A program made the translations under genes and the position numbers. DNA of 64,000 nt from Raillietiella orientalis. Its lineage: Eukaryota. Within the stretch, counting starts at the first letter, position 1. Every line of letters begins with the position of its first letter. Shown in pieces: positions 14,268 to 27,934 of the stretch. The DNA is taken from contig JAYWIR010000052.1 in assembly GCA_036172245.1 (NCBI GenBank), forward strand, positions 620,001-684,000. The letters run 5' to 3'. The notes under the pieces are model-generated. The model was given only the letters and a program-made list of their open reading frames with translations, did not search any database and was not told the origin of the DNA.

Positions 14268-14780
14268 CTAGGGCCAGAACGAGAGACGGTACGTTCTTAC
14301 AAGGCTCCCTTCAGGGTCATCCGCACGTAGTCGTTGAAGTACCGCGGGAAGCCCATCTTGTCCAGGGTTCTCGCCGGCATCCCGTGGTCCACTCTGCCAA
14401 GATGCCTTCTCCGTGTTAGTGAAGGGCAGTGCCAGGTTGTCGCCTACGTATCGGCTGTAGCCGACGGTGTCCCGGGAGCACTTCACGTTGTCGGGTATGC
14501 TCATGCCCGCGTGGGAGGGATCGAGGACCTTCTTCGAGAGGTTGGTCCAGATCTTCGCCGGTCTCTTAGCATCCGCATTCAGGATGGAGATAAGCCGCCG
14601 CCGCTGAGTGACTCGCCCAAGACCGTCACTTTTTGGTAGCATCCCCGTCCCGCTTGCGGTAGAACGACCCCGAGAGTCTCTGTGGATCTTGCTGGTCAGT
14701 TCGTGAAACGGCCGCAGGTAGATGTGCAGGTAACCCTGACAGTGGGGAATGGGGACACCGTCGGAACCTGACACCGCGTC
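14268..14780 (-). mobile_element. Decayed LINE reverse-transcriptase N-terminal half
   Basis: SGSDGVP, RLISILNADAK and TNTEKAS, followed after a frameshift by RVDHG...LDKMGFP. These correspond to the non-LTR RT motifs PGxDG, RPISLLNxDxK, DxEKAFDRVxH and L.kmGF. Confidence 0.75.
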
Positions 14781-14929
14781 TCTGCGCAGCTTTCACAGGA
14801 GCACTCTAAACTTCACTCTGTAGAGCTGTCCACATTCAGACACGCCTGCTGCTGTTCTTGTGCCGGTCTTTGCCCCGTGTAGCGCAGGATGACTTGCCGC
14901 TCCAACGGATACGGGTCTTGATGTCGGAA

Positions 14930-15330
14930 GTTTGAGGTGCAGCGTCTTGGAACGCCCTGCGATCCCTTCCGACGTATGCCGAACACCTTGTCAGGAATCG
15001 GTGGAGACGGTGTTGTTTCCTTGCATTACCGTCCAGGCGCTGCGCATGCCTCACAGCATGAAGTGCTCCCGGGACACCAGGAAGGGAAGACCAGGAAGGA
15101 AGCAGCCAGGCACGCCCAAGTCGACTCCCGCATGGGACGTAGGACCAACTCTTGAAACGGCGCGCGCTCTCCTTCCCGAGGTGCTCCACAGAACTGCTCT
15201 CTGCCCAAGGAGCAAGAAGGCACTGGATGGAATTAGAGCAGCCTCAAGAAAAAGTTCCGTGGGAGGAATCTAAACAGGCGGCTATTGTGACTTCCGCGTG
15301 AGGACGATGGATCAGGGATGAAGTCGCTGG
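14930..15330 (+). mobile_element. Decayed LINE RT fragment in the opposite orientation to 14268-14780
   Basis: RMPHSMKCSRDT matches SIPDNVKCSRDT of the adjacent minus-strand RT fragment. Confidence 0.4.
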
Positions 15331-15780
15331 CAACGCTCTGTTCAGGTCATGGACGCTAGAGAACTCCCGGATCTCTCACCACGGAATGGGACGAGTGGCC
15401 GGTCGTTAGCGGTTTATGGAGCCTACTCGGTGTTGCCGAACGAGCCGACCGGCCCGATGACGGCCCTCGTGGACCGAACGAGAGAGTGGGTAAACATCGA
15501 TCCCGCCCGGAAAAGAAAGCAGGCACTGGCGAGGGTTCACGATTCCAAAAAAAAAGAAAAGAGGTGCCCAGGAGTGAAGAAGTATGGGAAGAGGAACTGG
15601 CTTCAGCGATTCCTTGCTTCCCTCCCGCTCCAAGGGAGACGGAGCAGGGGAGCATCGGAAGCCTGGGATTAAGACCGGACACTGAGAACCGTTCGCCACC
15701 GAATGAGGACTGCTTCCCTACCCCCCAACTAATCGGAGGAAGATTTGCCCACAATACAGGAAGGGGGAACTTTTTACCTG

Positions 15781-16900
15781 TGTCGTAGGCCGCGTGGTAA
15801 CGGTCTCTGCGCATGGCACCACCAAGCTTCGCGGCTTCGAATACTCGGAAAGAATCGACGCCGAGAGATGGAGGGTGCGTCGTGGCTTCGAGTTCCTCCC
15901 GCAGGATGACGCTGGCTGGCCCACAGTCATTCGGGTGCAGCACTGGTAGCCCTCATTGGAGACTGGATGTCTCCAATGAGGGCCGGGACAATGGGACGTC
16001 TCGCGAGCCCAAAGTCGATCTTCGGGTCCTTTCAGGAATCAAGGAGTGGGACTTGTCCTCCGGTTGTGCAAAGGAGCGGGTCCTCTAGTCTCTCCGTCTC
16101 GTACGATGGAGTTGGGGGTGTGTCTCCACCTCTCCAGAGAGTACACAGAAGCGCACCGATCCCTTAGGGGAAGCAACGCCCTTCTGAGAAAATTGGGACG
16201 CTTCCCTTCGGGGCTCCCTTCAGAGGAGGAGAAAAGAAGAAGAGATTCCCTTGCGGGTTCCCTCCGGAGAAGAAATTTGTGATGGGCGGATCCTTTTCTG
16301 GCTCTCTCCGGAGAAGAAGAATGCAGCGGATCCCTCCGGAGGTCCCTCCGGAGAGCATAAGGAAGGGAGATTCCCTTCGGGGTTGCGCTTTGGAGAGAAC
16401 CAGGGTGAATCCCTCCCCAGGCGTGAGAGAAACAGACTCCGAGCCCTTCCCGGATTTACCCACAAGAAGGGAACTTTGGAAGGACCATGACAGCCACGCG
16501 TGGTCTAAGATAATGAAGGAAGACATCCGGGATGCTTTTCGCTGAAAACGAAAAGTAGGATGTTCCCCTCTCACCATAGCTGCCAGCCGCTAGAAGATCC
16601 GAAACGTGAACCGGGGAGCGGTTGGAGAGATACTGCGGAGGAGTGACCTACCACCGGCCACTCAGGATGACCTCCTGATGCCTTACCATGGAGGAATGCG
16701 AATTGACTCTAGAGTGAACTATTGGACAGACAGCAGCCAAGATGAGTTCTGCGAGGCTCATGGAAGCCAGGGAAACGCAGCTCCATGTCTTCATCTGCTC
16801 TACGCTGAGCCGGATTGGGTGACTCTGAATGCGGTGATACAGGCCTGCGGAAGAGCACGCAGATGGAGATCTTATAGGAGGGACTGTTTCAAGGGAACGA
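15781..16900 (+). mobile_element. tRNA-headed chimeric retroposon, copy A, followed by LINE C-terminal sequence
   Basis: Head TAGGCCGCGTGGTAACGG...GGCTTCGAATAC; shared core GATGACGCTGGCTGGCC and GGGTCCTTTCAGGAATCAAGGAG; CCCTCCGGAG array at about 16200-16385; junction CCCTCCCCAGGCGTGAGAG near 16410 as in copy E. It then reads LRRSDLPP...YHGG...YWT, like the region upstream of the LINE zinc finger. Confidence 0.7.
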
Positions 16901-18664
16901 GAACGCTCCCTGATACAATTTCCATGGTCCGCACTACCATCTCCCTCTTCATCTCGAGCAGCGTGCTGGGAATGGCAAAGATTCGGAGCACGAGAGCACG
17001 ACCATTCTCCAAAGAGTATCTCAGAGGGAAGTGGGCGTCAGGAAGTGTCACAGAGCACCCTCCTGGACGTACCCTCCACGTCTTGAAGGAGATGGCGGAA
17101 GTTGCCCAAGTGAGTGGAATGCCCACCAGCGGGTCCCCTCTCAGAGAAAAAGTTGAACGCTCATCACGACTGCGACACTCAATGCGGACAGCCTTCTGTG
17201 CAGAGCACTCAACAAAATGTCTGCCAGCATGTGTGATTATTCGGATTCATCCGACCCTGGTCAGACTGGTGGCAAACTGACGGTGCGCCCCAGTTTAAAG
17301 AGGGACTCCGTGAAAAAGTCACTATTCAAAATTCACTACGGTCTCAGGATGCCCTCAGTTCACACAATTTCATCGATGAAATTCCATGAATTTCATTCCC
17401 TGGATAGCATTTCCAGAAAACGCTTCATTTGTTATTGGACTAGCTTTTTTGGATTGTGGTTTGAAGTGGTTTGACCATCCACTGAAATTCACGACGGCAA
17501 TAAAGCGAGGGTGTTTGATACTTTTCACGATGGTTTTTGGAAAAAAAAAAAAAAGATTGCGACAGCAAATCTTCATCTCTCACGAAAAGAAAGGACACGA
17601 AAACGCCGTGTCTCAGATATTAAGATCTCGGCTGTTAAATCGAGGCCGTCCCTCTGTGCCGGGAATACGAACGGCTTTGAGAACCGGATGGTGTGAACCT
17701 GGAAGATGAAAGCAACGAGAATGCAACCGGAAGAAAACATTCCAACCCCGATTCTACTGCTGCAAGAATTGTGAACTTATTGGATGCGAAAAAGATGCCA
17801 ACACCAGAATAATACGATTAGAATTTCATCAATCAGCTGGAGTGAAACACTACTTTTGTTCCGCCTCGAACGAACCTCAAACAGCAGTCCCGTAAGCCAA
17901 AGGTCAAACAGAAGACGTAAAAGTAGTCAGTGGAAAAGCAGCTTGAAAGTATATCCAGAAGTGATGCCATAGCCCTTCGAATAACTTGGCTCTGAGGAGC
18001 GACCGTACCAAGTTGTTGACATTAAACATATTTCACAATGGTTTTAAAAATGTACTTCATGTATACGCATGTATATAGTGCGAATGAGGCTTGGAGAACG
18101 TGGCAGGTGCATCACTAGCATTATGGCATTCAAACTTCTGGGGTTCGTACAAAAGGTGCGACAGAAAATTCGCAAAGGTGTTTCCTTCTACACGGCAGTA
18201 GGTGTGAAAGACTTTTTTTTTGGCAGGGTGGCAAAACAAATAAGATAAAAGCAACCTACCAATTCAGAGACAGTCGCACCTTCTTGGAGACCTTCATCTA
18301 GACCTACAGGGGGATGTGGACGGTCATTTCTTCTTCCTGGGTAGATGCTTGCTGAAACAAATGCTTCATGGATTCACAATCCTGTACCATTCAAACGAAG
18401 TCAGCAACGTGTGTAAAAGATTCGCGACAAATTCATGTACTGCCCGAATAGAATGGCAGGGGAATGATCGGTTCCAATGCGAGAACTGAGAAAGAGTTTT
18501 CCCGTTTCCTTATTTGCCAGCTCACTTTCTCGTGCTTTTCTCTAGCGACCGTCTTGCAGTCTCCGTGGAGGAACTTCCCGAGAGAATTTCCTCACGATCG
18601 GTATTTGAGGAGCAGAGTAACGGGAGAAAGAAGGTGAAAGCGAAAAGGCAGCGTTTCTGCCCCC

Positions 18665-18960
18665 ACCGTGGGGACCCGGTGGGGGGCGGGGGTCCGCTCT
18701 CCGTTGTACGACCGGCGGGGTATCTCCCCGCTCCTCGATTCCTGGAAGGACCCGAAGGTCGACTCCCGTGGTTCTGGCCTTCATCGGGGGCCTCCGGCTT
18801 AAACGACCCCCGGTGCCACGCCCGAAAGCCTCGGCCAACCAGCGCCATCTTGCAGGAGAAACTCGGAACCCAACGACGCAGTGGCGTCGCAGTTTCTGCC
18901 GGAGTATTCGAACCCGCGACGGATGGTGCCACTCGCAGTGGAAGTCGACTGCCTGAAGCC
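18665..18960 (-). mobile_element. tRNA-headed retroposon, copy B (5' part only)
   Basis: The reverse complement contains GTGGCACC...CGCGGGTTCGAATACTCC, AAGATGGCGCTGGTTGGCC and GACCTTCGGGTCCTTCCAGGAATCGAGGAG, colinear with 53080-53340. Confidence 0.75.
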
Positions 18961-21900
18961 TTTTGCGCTGTGCTGATGGCAGATGCAGGCAACTGAAAAT
19001 TCGAGTTCTGAAATCGAAATCCGCTCGTTTGAAACGGAAGTTGGCCCCATGCCCACCACCCCAAATCATCCCCTGTTAGCACGGACTGCACTGAAGGCTG
19101 CAGTGCCCATTCTTCGAGTGACTTACCTTCGCCACTGCTGTGATTTGCTCACCCCAAGGGGATACCGAGCAAAAGACTTACATCGAAAGCGTGTGCCGAT
19201 AAAAAGGCTCTGTGTTTTCAGGAACAGTGATAAACGTTTTTTTTTTCAGAGGGATGGCTCCATAGTTTCCTATGTGTTTGTTCTTTTGTTTCTTGACTTA
19301 ACCTGGATTTCTTGCGCGGATGTGGACAGTGTAAATGAATTCCCCGGGCGGGTGCGACCCCTTTGGTTGTGAAGAAATTTTACGTCCGCTTCAAAATGCT
19401 GTGTGAGCGTACCACTTTGCACAGTTTTCTGCAAAAGATTCCGAGTCCTCACACACGTGATGTTTGGCCGGGATTCTTAACGTACCACATCTTCCTCGTT
19501 AGTTTCTACGGCTCCTTCATCCAATGAGGTTCAATGAACCAATCTAAGATGTGTGAGCTCGAAAGAAAATTCATTTTAATAGATGCAAACGTCAGGAGTT
19601 TCAATCCAAGAGTACGAACTGATCCTTGTCTGCTCATTGCGACTGCGATGCTGTTATGTTCTCTTCAGGAATTTCCGAGAGCTGTAGCTAATGCAGGGTG
19701 TCATGTGGTTCAGCATATCCACAGATACGAGAGAGCACTTCTTTAACCTCTTCGCTCATTTTCCGGCGCACTGCGTGGATCCGTGGATGCTCGACTGCCC
19801 ACAAGTTCCATAGGTTCACCAAAACAGGATTCAAATATGATTTATTTTCTGCTGTTTCTTATTTTTAATTAAAGGCTTGTTCCAAATGCTTACTTCTAAG
19901 AAGAAGAAAAAAAAGAAAACAATTGTATATCGATAATTCCCAGCTCTGTACGTCACCAACATGTACCGCTTTTGGATCTACGGTCAGTGCACCTTAATCA
20001 TGAATGAAATCAATGGTTACGTCTATGTAATGAGAGCGAGCGCTCGTCTTTGAATGATTCCTGATACTCAGACTCCCCTCCCCCGAATGGACGACTAATA
20101 AAGCTGAGCGCATGCACATGGAAAAAGCGTTTTTTCCTTTTTGCAAAATCAAAAAAAGAAAAAAAAAAAAAAAAACTGCTTCCAATGCTGTGATTCTAGA
20201 CTGCCAGCCGCTGACATTCCCTCGCTGGCAGGGGTCGAGCAGCCGGCCCCAATATCGTGAAATGAGTCGCGTGCGATTCCAATACACCAAAAAAAAGGAA
20301 CAGAAGTGTTCCAACAATCGAGAATGGTTCTTTCGTTACCGTGTAGGAAAGTGCACACTCACAAGAAGTAATGAGTGTGCCCCTCCCACTCGTGAGTAAG
20401 GAGTTCTCCTGTACCAATCATCACAGCAAGGGTCCGACTGCGGTCATTCGGTTCTGTCCCCGACTGGAAGTCGGCGTCCCTACAAGAGATGAACGTGGAG
20501 AATCAATCCAAATCGTGAGGTTTCGGGAGGAACGAAAACAACGGCGACATATTTAAAAGGGGAGACCGCCACCACGTACTGCACGATGACCCAAAAGGAA
20601 AGCAGAAACCTTCAAGAGAAGTAAATGCTTTCCCCGTACCCAATGGCAGTGCTTCCATTGAGGATTCAGTTGACGCTTATCGTGTGCGCAGAAGGAGACT
20701 CGCACTGAGTACTTTGATTCCTGTTCTACTGCTATGAGTGGTGACCATTGGCTACAGAGATCAGCAGAGAGCAGCAGTGTGTTCGCATTTATCTGGTTTG
20801 ATTTAGCATGCGGCAGTATGCTGTTGGCTGTTCTGCTTTATCTTTTCCACTGCTGGCTGAGGAGGAGATTGCTGTGAGTAGCGCACATGTGGGTGGTGCT
20901 CTTTCAGGGAATTCACGGATGATACTCCCATCTCGAAGATCACTCGACTCTTGCAGAAGTTTTCCTAGGTTCCGAGAAAAAAGAGTGAAGGAATTGATTT
21001 CACGTTGAGAGATCTCTTTTTTTTTTCCTTCTAGAAAACAAGGGTGTTAAAAAGATATAAAGGATACATCAGATACAGTACTGGCAATGTGCAGTGATTC
21101 AGTACAAATCCTTTAATGCTAACAATCTCTTCTCTCAAGTTTATGGACAGTCTCTGCATGTGGATGTGAAAGTAAACAGCTTCCGTCTCATCTGATTATC
21201 ATGGCGAAATGGGAAAGGAATAATAAGATGGAAGCCCGTTTTACCATGCATGGGTTGCAAATGATAAAAATCAGAACGAGGTCCATCTTTACATCCATAA
21301 AACGCTTTGGAGTCAGCAAACTTATTGCTTGAGTGTACCTTCACATTCCATGCGTCACTTTCGTGTTTTGATTCGAAGAAAGGCAAACGCTGCGTGCCTT
21401 TTCTGTTTTGCGAAATAGGAACGGCATGCAGTGTGCCAAATTGTGGAAGTTTGGACATTTTTTCGAACGTCGAAGAACGTTCGAAAAATAATGTTGGAGA
21501 ACTCATCGTTCCTACTCAGTGAGCCGGTGACCTGAGCTTTACTGGGAAACGAATTTACGGCCAGCGATTCTTCTGTGTCAGTTGGGTACAACTGAGATCA
21601 GGACATACTACAATGTTCTCGACAGATGAAAGAGTTCGTTCTTGTAGGCGATTCAGTTTGGGGAAAGCGAGGAGAATCCGCGTAAGCGAGGGCACCCAAT
21701 CCGTGTCACCATTCGGACGGTGACGTGCCTGGATGACCCTCAAAACAGCAAGATGGACACATCGATGCTGTTACGCCAACCCACATGTCGCATCGCCTTT
21801 CGAAAACGAAGAAGTAACGTGTGAGTGACTCTGGCACGTGATTCTCATTTCCACGAATTAATGGAAATTCGTGAAACCCACGGGCCGAATTCCTGAACTT

Positions 21901-23615
21901 CTACGCTCACGGGGATGGAGACTAAATTTTGAGTCAAGAATAGCAAAACAGTAGGCGGACTCAATTGGAAAATATGTAGGGGAATGATAATGTCTATTCA
22001 CATTAAGAAGGAAAACGCCTTCTAATTTCCTCACATTTATCAGCAAATGAAGGTGTAATTATCAGTAACACTGCTCTGTGTTTCGTTTGAACAGTGTTGC
22101 TTTCATCCAGCTTCTGCTGATCCATTTGCAGATGATTCGTGCCTTCTAATTCCCCCCTAAAGTAGACATTTTTGTACCACTTTTTGTGAGCATTGCTCAA
22201 AGTGAATCTGACAGGAAGAGTCGCAGATTCAGCTTTATATTTTAAAGATTAATACATTTTTAAACAACTGGAAATTCTCGGAAAATCTGAAGAGCATTCT
22301 TACATAGTAGCTCCTGGATATCTGGGTTGCAGATTTGAGAGTGGGAGGATGCGACCGAATTTGGAAAAATGTGAGACATTTGGAACAGGCTTACGTGCAT
22401 TCACTACTGTCATGGTTTCTTAGAATAGTGGGAGCTCCATAATACAAGTATTTCTAAATTTACCATAAAGAAAGTGAAAGACGGATTCCGTATGTAATAT
22501 GGTATTCATTGGGCAGTCATTAGAACGTAGTCAACATTTGCTGCATTTGTTTGCATAACAGGGAAATATGATAAAGTTCTGCATCATCAAGTTAATCTTA
22601 TTATACTATAGGATACTGAATAGTCAGTATAATGTTTACAGTAATAGATTACTCCTAAGCAGTTTTTCTCTTAGACAAATGCGTGTTTCAAATTTTTAAA
22701 CTATTTTGTTGTGTATTGCCAATCCTTATTCTTCTGTTGTACAATCAGAAAGTACTTGATGCCTAGTTTTTGTTAGGCTATGTTAGGAAATATTGTGGAA
22801 CTTTCTGTAATTTTCATATTTTATGCTTTTGATTTATTTTGCTTTTATCTGCTTTTGTTACTCATGTGATACATTTCACATATCGAAAAAAATATGCTGA
22901 ATTCATATTTGCAGTTAAGCAAAAATAAGAAAAATTTGAAATGCTTTTTTTATTAAATGGAACGAATGTGAGAGTGATCACTAAAGAGGATCGAGAAATA
23001 TGTTCCTTAGACGATATTTAAATTACTTTTGAATTAGATTGGAATTTATTCATTTTAAATAATTCAAATCAAATAACTAGAACATCTTCCTTCTGTTCTC
23101 ACTAAATTACATCATAAGAACATATCATATCATCTAAATTACTTCATAAGAACAAACAGCAGTGCGAGGGTTAAGACATATCATTTTCCTTAACAGAAAA
23201 ACACATCTGTAGATGAGTGCAGCCAAGAAGACTTTTAATGGATATTTTCCACTGGTTCTTTTACAAGCCGAATTTGATCTTCGTCTCCAATAATAAGTTA
23301 TTAAAAAAAATTACATATAAATTGCATACCTGTTTTTAAATGTCACGTATGCATTGTCTGACTGTATCATGTCATGAGCGTATTGTTTGACATCTTATGT
23401 GGCTCAGTAGATTCTATCATTTTATCAATTTTTTGGATGATAAGAATTGCCTGTATTTAGGATGTTGAGACTTGATTCCAGTGCATGAAGATGTGTAACG
23501 TTAACATATGTTTAAATTTTGTGAGATGATATTCAACCCTGATCTCGTATTTTAGACTTGGCAATGTGGATGTTTAAAATTCGCTGCGCATTGGAAGATT
23601 GGGAGAGAAGTAGAT

Positions 23616-26600
23616 ATGAAGATGACAGTTCCCATCAAAAAAGTCTTAACAGAAGACAAATATGTTCAGGTACTGTTACTGTTTAATTTTATGCTGAATC
23701 TGAAATTGTTACTTGTGGGTCTGGTTTCTATCTTAAAGGTTTGGTGTTGCATTACTGCGTGCTTGCCTAAAGATCGTTGATGAAAGTTAATTCATTTGTT
23801 TTAAGTTATTTGAAACTCATGCTTTATTCTTAGAATAAAAATTTCAGTCGAGAATTCCCCATTTCTTGTATAAGTGTATCCAATCAGTTTGGTCTAAGAT
23901 TTTTTTATGCATTCCAAAGACCTGTAATGCCAATAATGTGGGCGTTATGTGTAAATTATTTCCAATCATTAATCCTTGATATCTGTGTTTCATATTTATC
24001 AAATAGGAAATTGAAAAAATCATCCAAAGAGACTTTTTTTCGGATATTACCAAGTTGAAGGCCCAAACAGCATATCTGGAAGCAGTAGAAACAAATGATG
24101 TCTCAAAATTAAGAGAGCTATATGAAAAATATAGCATCATGCGAACACCTCAAAGACCATGTGAGTCGAGAATTTTGTGAAAACTGGTCTCATAAATTTA
24201 TGTAGGCAAAAGTCCTGCTACATTTGAGACTCCTGCTCTCACCCCACAACTAAGTTATAACAATGTAGAAATGGTAAATAATACTGATGACAAATCAAAA
24301 GATACTAAATCTAAAGGTATGAATGTATTTGAAAATACTGTTTTATAAACAATGAGAAAAGATGAGAAGCAGTTGAGTTTAGATGAGTTCTTGTCTTCTC
24401 ACACTAGTGAAGATAATTGTAGTTTTGAAGAAATTTTAAAGGAAATGCAAAAAAGGCATCAGTTCAAGGTATTTTTACATTGATTTATGCAGAACTCATA
24501 TTGTTGTAGCATTCATGGATGTTTGAAGCAGAAAAAAAACATCTTGAAAATAATGTCAATTTGCTAAAGTTACCAAGTGTGGAAGAGCAGTGTGCTCTTC
24601 CAGAATCAAAGCAAACAGTTGATACATGGAAGTTCTCTGTTCATAATCCCATCATGTTTGTTCCTGAGGGTGAGCTGCTTTTTTTTTTTCTTTGTGTTCA
24701 GATTTCATGTCTATCCATAGGTGTCCCATTGAATGCAAGTGAACTCATGGAGAACATGAAGAACCGTCATCAGATCTGTCACCAGAAAACACGTTTTGAC
24801 AGAAATCCTTTTAATGAACGACTGAACCAGGCTACAATTTCAGAGGCAGCCCACAACCAGGCCCGCAGCTTGGAAGGCAAAGTTGGTATCGATGGAAAAG
24901 AGCTTGTTATTGGACAGACACCTAGTACAAACCAATGGTCCCTTCTCCGTACCCCATCCCCAAACCCAGGTAATCATGTACATTTCATGCAGATCGTCTG
25001 TCAATTGAGGTCCATTAATTGAAAAAGTAATTAAATGTAACAGATCACATTTGAAAACTGAACTGTTTGAACTAATTAGTTATTAGTTAATTCTTATTGT
25101 GTGGTTAAGAGTAGGCTTGCTGATAATCCTGCTAATCATAATCTATGAAAACTTTTTGGTTGTTTAGCATTTTTCAAGTCTGATTTATTGCAGCAATTTT
25201 GATTTTTATTTCTAGATTTGTTGTTTTAGCATATTTGTATGTGTTTATTAATTTGTTTGTAATGGGTTTCTGATGAACTAAAAGCAAACTAATGCAGATG
25301 TAATGCACTTATGTGGCTTGAGAAAATTTAAGGTATTAGCATCTATACCACTTACTTTTAATCAATTAAAGCTACACATCTGATGTTTCAATATTTTTGA
25401 ATGAAATGTGCCCTTTAAATTAATCCCCACAATGAGGTGATTGATATAGGTAAAGTGCGAGACATGGTGTTATATCAAGGTTAAATATAAGTAAATATAT
25501 CAAGGTTAAAATTCTTTGATTGCGTGTTATGCAGAGCTTCATTGTGGTTGCAATAATTTAAATGATAATAATGTCTTCACATAACTACGTAGCATGTCAT
25601 ATTGAATTGGTCATTTCATGCCAAGACACTTTTTGCTTTCAATTATGGCTTTCCTTCATCCTTGAAAAAGTTGATGTGTCTGGATTTGAATTAATATCTG
25701 GGGAGTAAATTGTATTGTGGTACTACATTGTTAACTGCCATCTGCTTTACCACACTTCTTTGTTTCTGGTTATGGGATTTGAAATGAGAATGCAAGAAAG
25801 TGTGTTTACTTGGATGCATATTATTTTGATTCTTTCCAGTCATATATTCTTGATTGTCACCTGCAGCTACTTTTATGTTGGTGAACTTTGAATTCAGTTT
25901 CCTATTTGAGTAAATTTTTGTTTTTGCCATTATTTGCTGATAAGTATATCTATACAATACATGTTACATGATAGTGTAAAAGTTTTGGAAGAGCAAAACT
26001 TCATCTTAACAGATTTGTTATAAAGTTGTGCAGATCCATGTCTGTAACTATTTGAGACTGCTTATTGCAGAGAACCATTAATCTAGTTGCAAACTTGAAG
26101 TTTTTTTGTAGATTTTGACTTTTTTGCTTGAATTGTAATACAGGTGAATTTATAAGATTAAGTGAGGTTGGTGTGGAATGAATCTTATTTTTTTGCAAGT
26201 GCATCAGACTGATCAGTGAGTTTTTTTTTATCATGTTGGAGCAAAGCTTGATTAAAAATCTAATTGCCAAATTATTAAATTTGAATTTTTGCAATGATGC
26301 TCGATTTTACGAGAGTATTCAATACAGATATCGAAGAATCAGCACACAGTTGCAAGGAGGGAAGGGAAAAAAGGTGTTTTCAAGATAATATTTTAAAAGA
26401 AAAAAAAAAATCTTGATTTCAAATGCATGCATGTGAACATCAGATCTTTCAGTTAGTGAAGATTTACCTCCTTTTTTGTTTGTATGTACCAAAGTTCTCC
26501 GAATGTCGCATTTTTCAAAGAAATGAAACATTCAAAATTGACGATTATTTTGCTGTTATCTCTTTGTTTTTCTTCTCGTAACTCAAATTTCTTGTGTGCT

Positions 26601-27637
26601 GGATTCACTGGTGCTCAAAATGTAGGTGGATTGAAGTCTTTGCAAGACTTTATAAATTCCGTACCTTGAACACTTGGTTGTTTAAATATTTACTATAGCT
26701 TTAAAAGATGTTAAATTCTCGAGGTTTTTTAGAAACCTTTGAATATTTAAGTGTAGATGTGCTTCACAAGGAAATCCTTGAACAATCAGGAAATTTGACA
26801 TATTCTATAACTATTTCGTAAGTGAATTCTATGTGACTGCCCGTTTTGCAGGCAACGTAACAGTGAACGTTACTTGTTTTAAGAACTTCTTACACTGTTA
26901 TTTGTCCTTTTTGAGAACCTTTTATTCTCTGCACTGGATTCAAGACTGATGGATTGATTTAAGAAACAGAGACCCAATGTTTTTCTCGAGAATATCTTAC
27001 CAGTTTAGAAATTTTTTTTGCATTTTGGGTAAAAATGTATTTTGATTTAACATCGATCTATTTACAGATACCACTGCATCCCCATTCATGACGTGGGGAG
27101 AAATAGAGGGAACTCCATTCCGTTTGGATGCAAGTGATGTTTCAGTTCCAGCAACTCCTAGGCCTTCTTTCAAAATCCCGGAATTATCAAAGAGAGATCA
27201 AATGGCTTTGAAATTGGCTGACAAAGTCAGTCAACAGCACCGAGAAAACAAGGATCGTGCACTGGAAGCAAGCAAGTCTGTGATGGGCAGGTAAAAAATA
27301 AGGATCAGTTGCAAAGAGAAGCAGCAAATCTGTTTTCAGTCCAGCCACAATGCATGGATCAAAGTCAGTTCTTAAACGTCTTGGATTCATGTCTCCTGCT
27401 GCGCAGCAGTTAGCAACTTCCCGACTGGGAGTGCGTTTAGGATCAGAATTCAGAACTTATGAATCTCCCACCCCTTCTCCAAAAATGCTACGGCTTGCAA
27501 CTGCTAATCAAAGCCCTGCAGCCCTGGTTATCAAGAGACCCAACACATTGCAGAAGACACCCAAAATCATGAATGATTCCTTAACTGACAACTTACTGCA
27601 GCTCCCAAAACGCCAGCGAGCTGCAGATTATTTTTAA
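23616..27637 (+). CDS. ESS2: Splicing factor ESS2 / DGCR14 (Es2) homolog; 8 coding exons
   Basis: Exons: 23616-23669, 24007-24160, 24206-24316, 24362-24468, 24510-24669, 24721-24969, 27068-27290, 27340-27637. Motifs: KVLTEDKYVQEIEKIIQRDFF, SPATFETP, SLDEFLSSHTSEDN, HNPIMFVPEG, TPSPNP, SPFMTWGEIEGTPFRLD, FKIPE, MSPAAQQL and the C-terminal TDNLLQLPKRQRAADYF. The start is uncertain because the frame is also open from an AG acceptor at 23555. Confidence 0.93.
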
Positions 27638-27934
27638 AAGTATGCGAAGGAGTCACTATGAAGTTCTGTACTGCTCATGTACATTGGTTCCTGTTTCCAG
27701 CCAGCAAAGTGTACTTTGTTCCTCATGTGCATTCTTTCCCTTAAGATTACCCCTCCCATGAAAATTATTATGAAAATATCAAACTGTTGTATGAAGATAG
27801 GAATTTTTTGTCCTTAAACAACAAATGTTTATTCTAAACTATGATGCCCATCATTTAAAACACCACATCTAGATCTTGGCCTCCAGAACTCACTAACTAG
27901 GCTGAACCCACAATACAGTTCATTGAGACAAATA

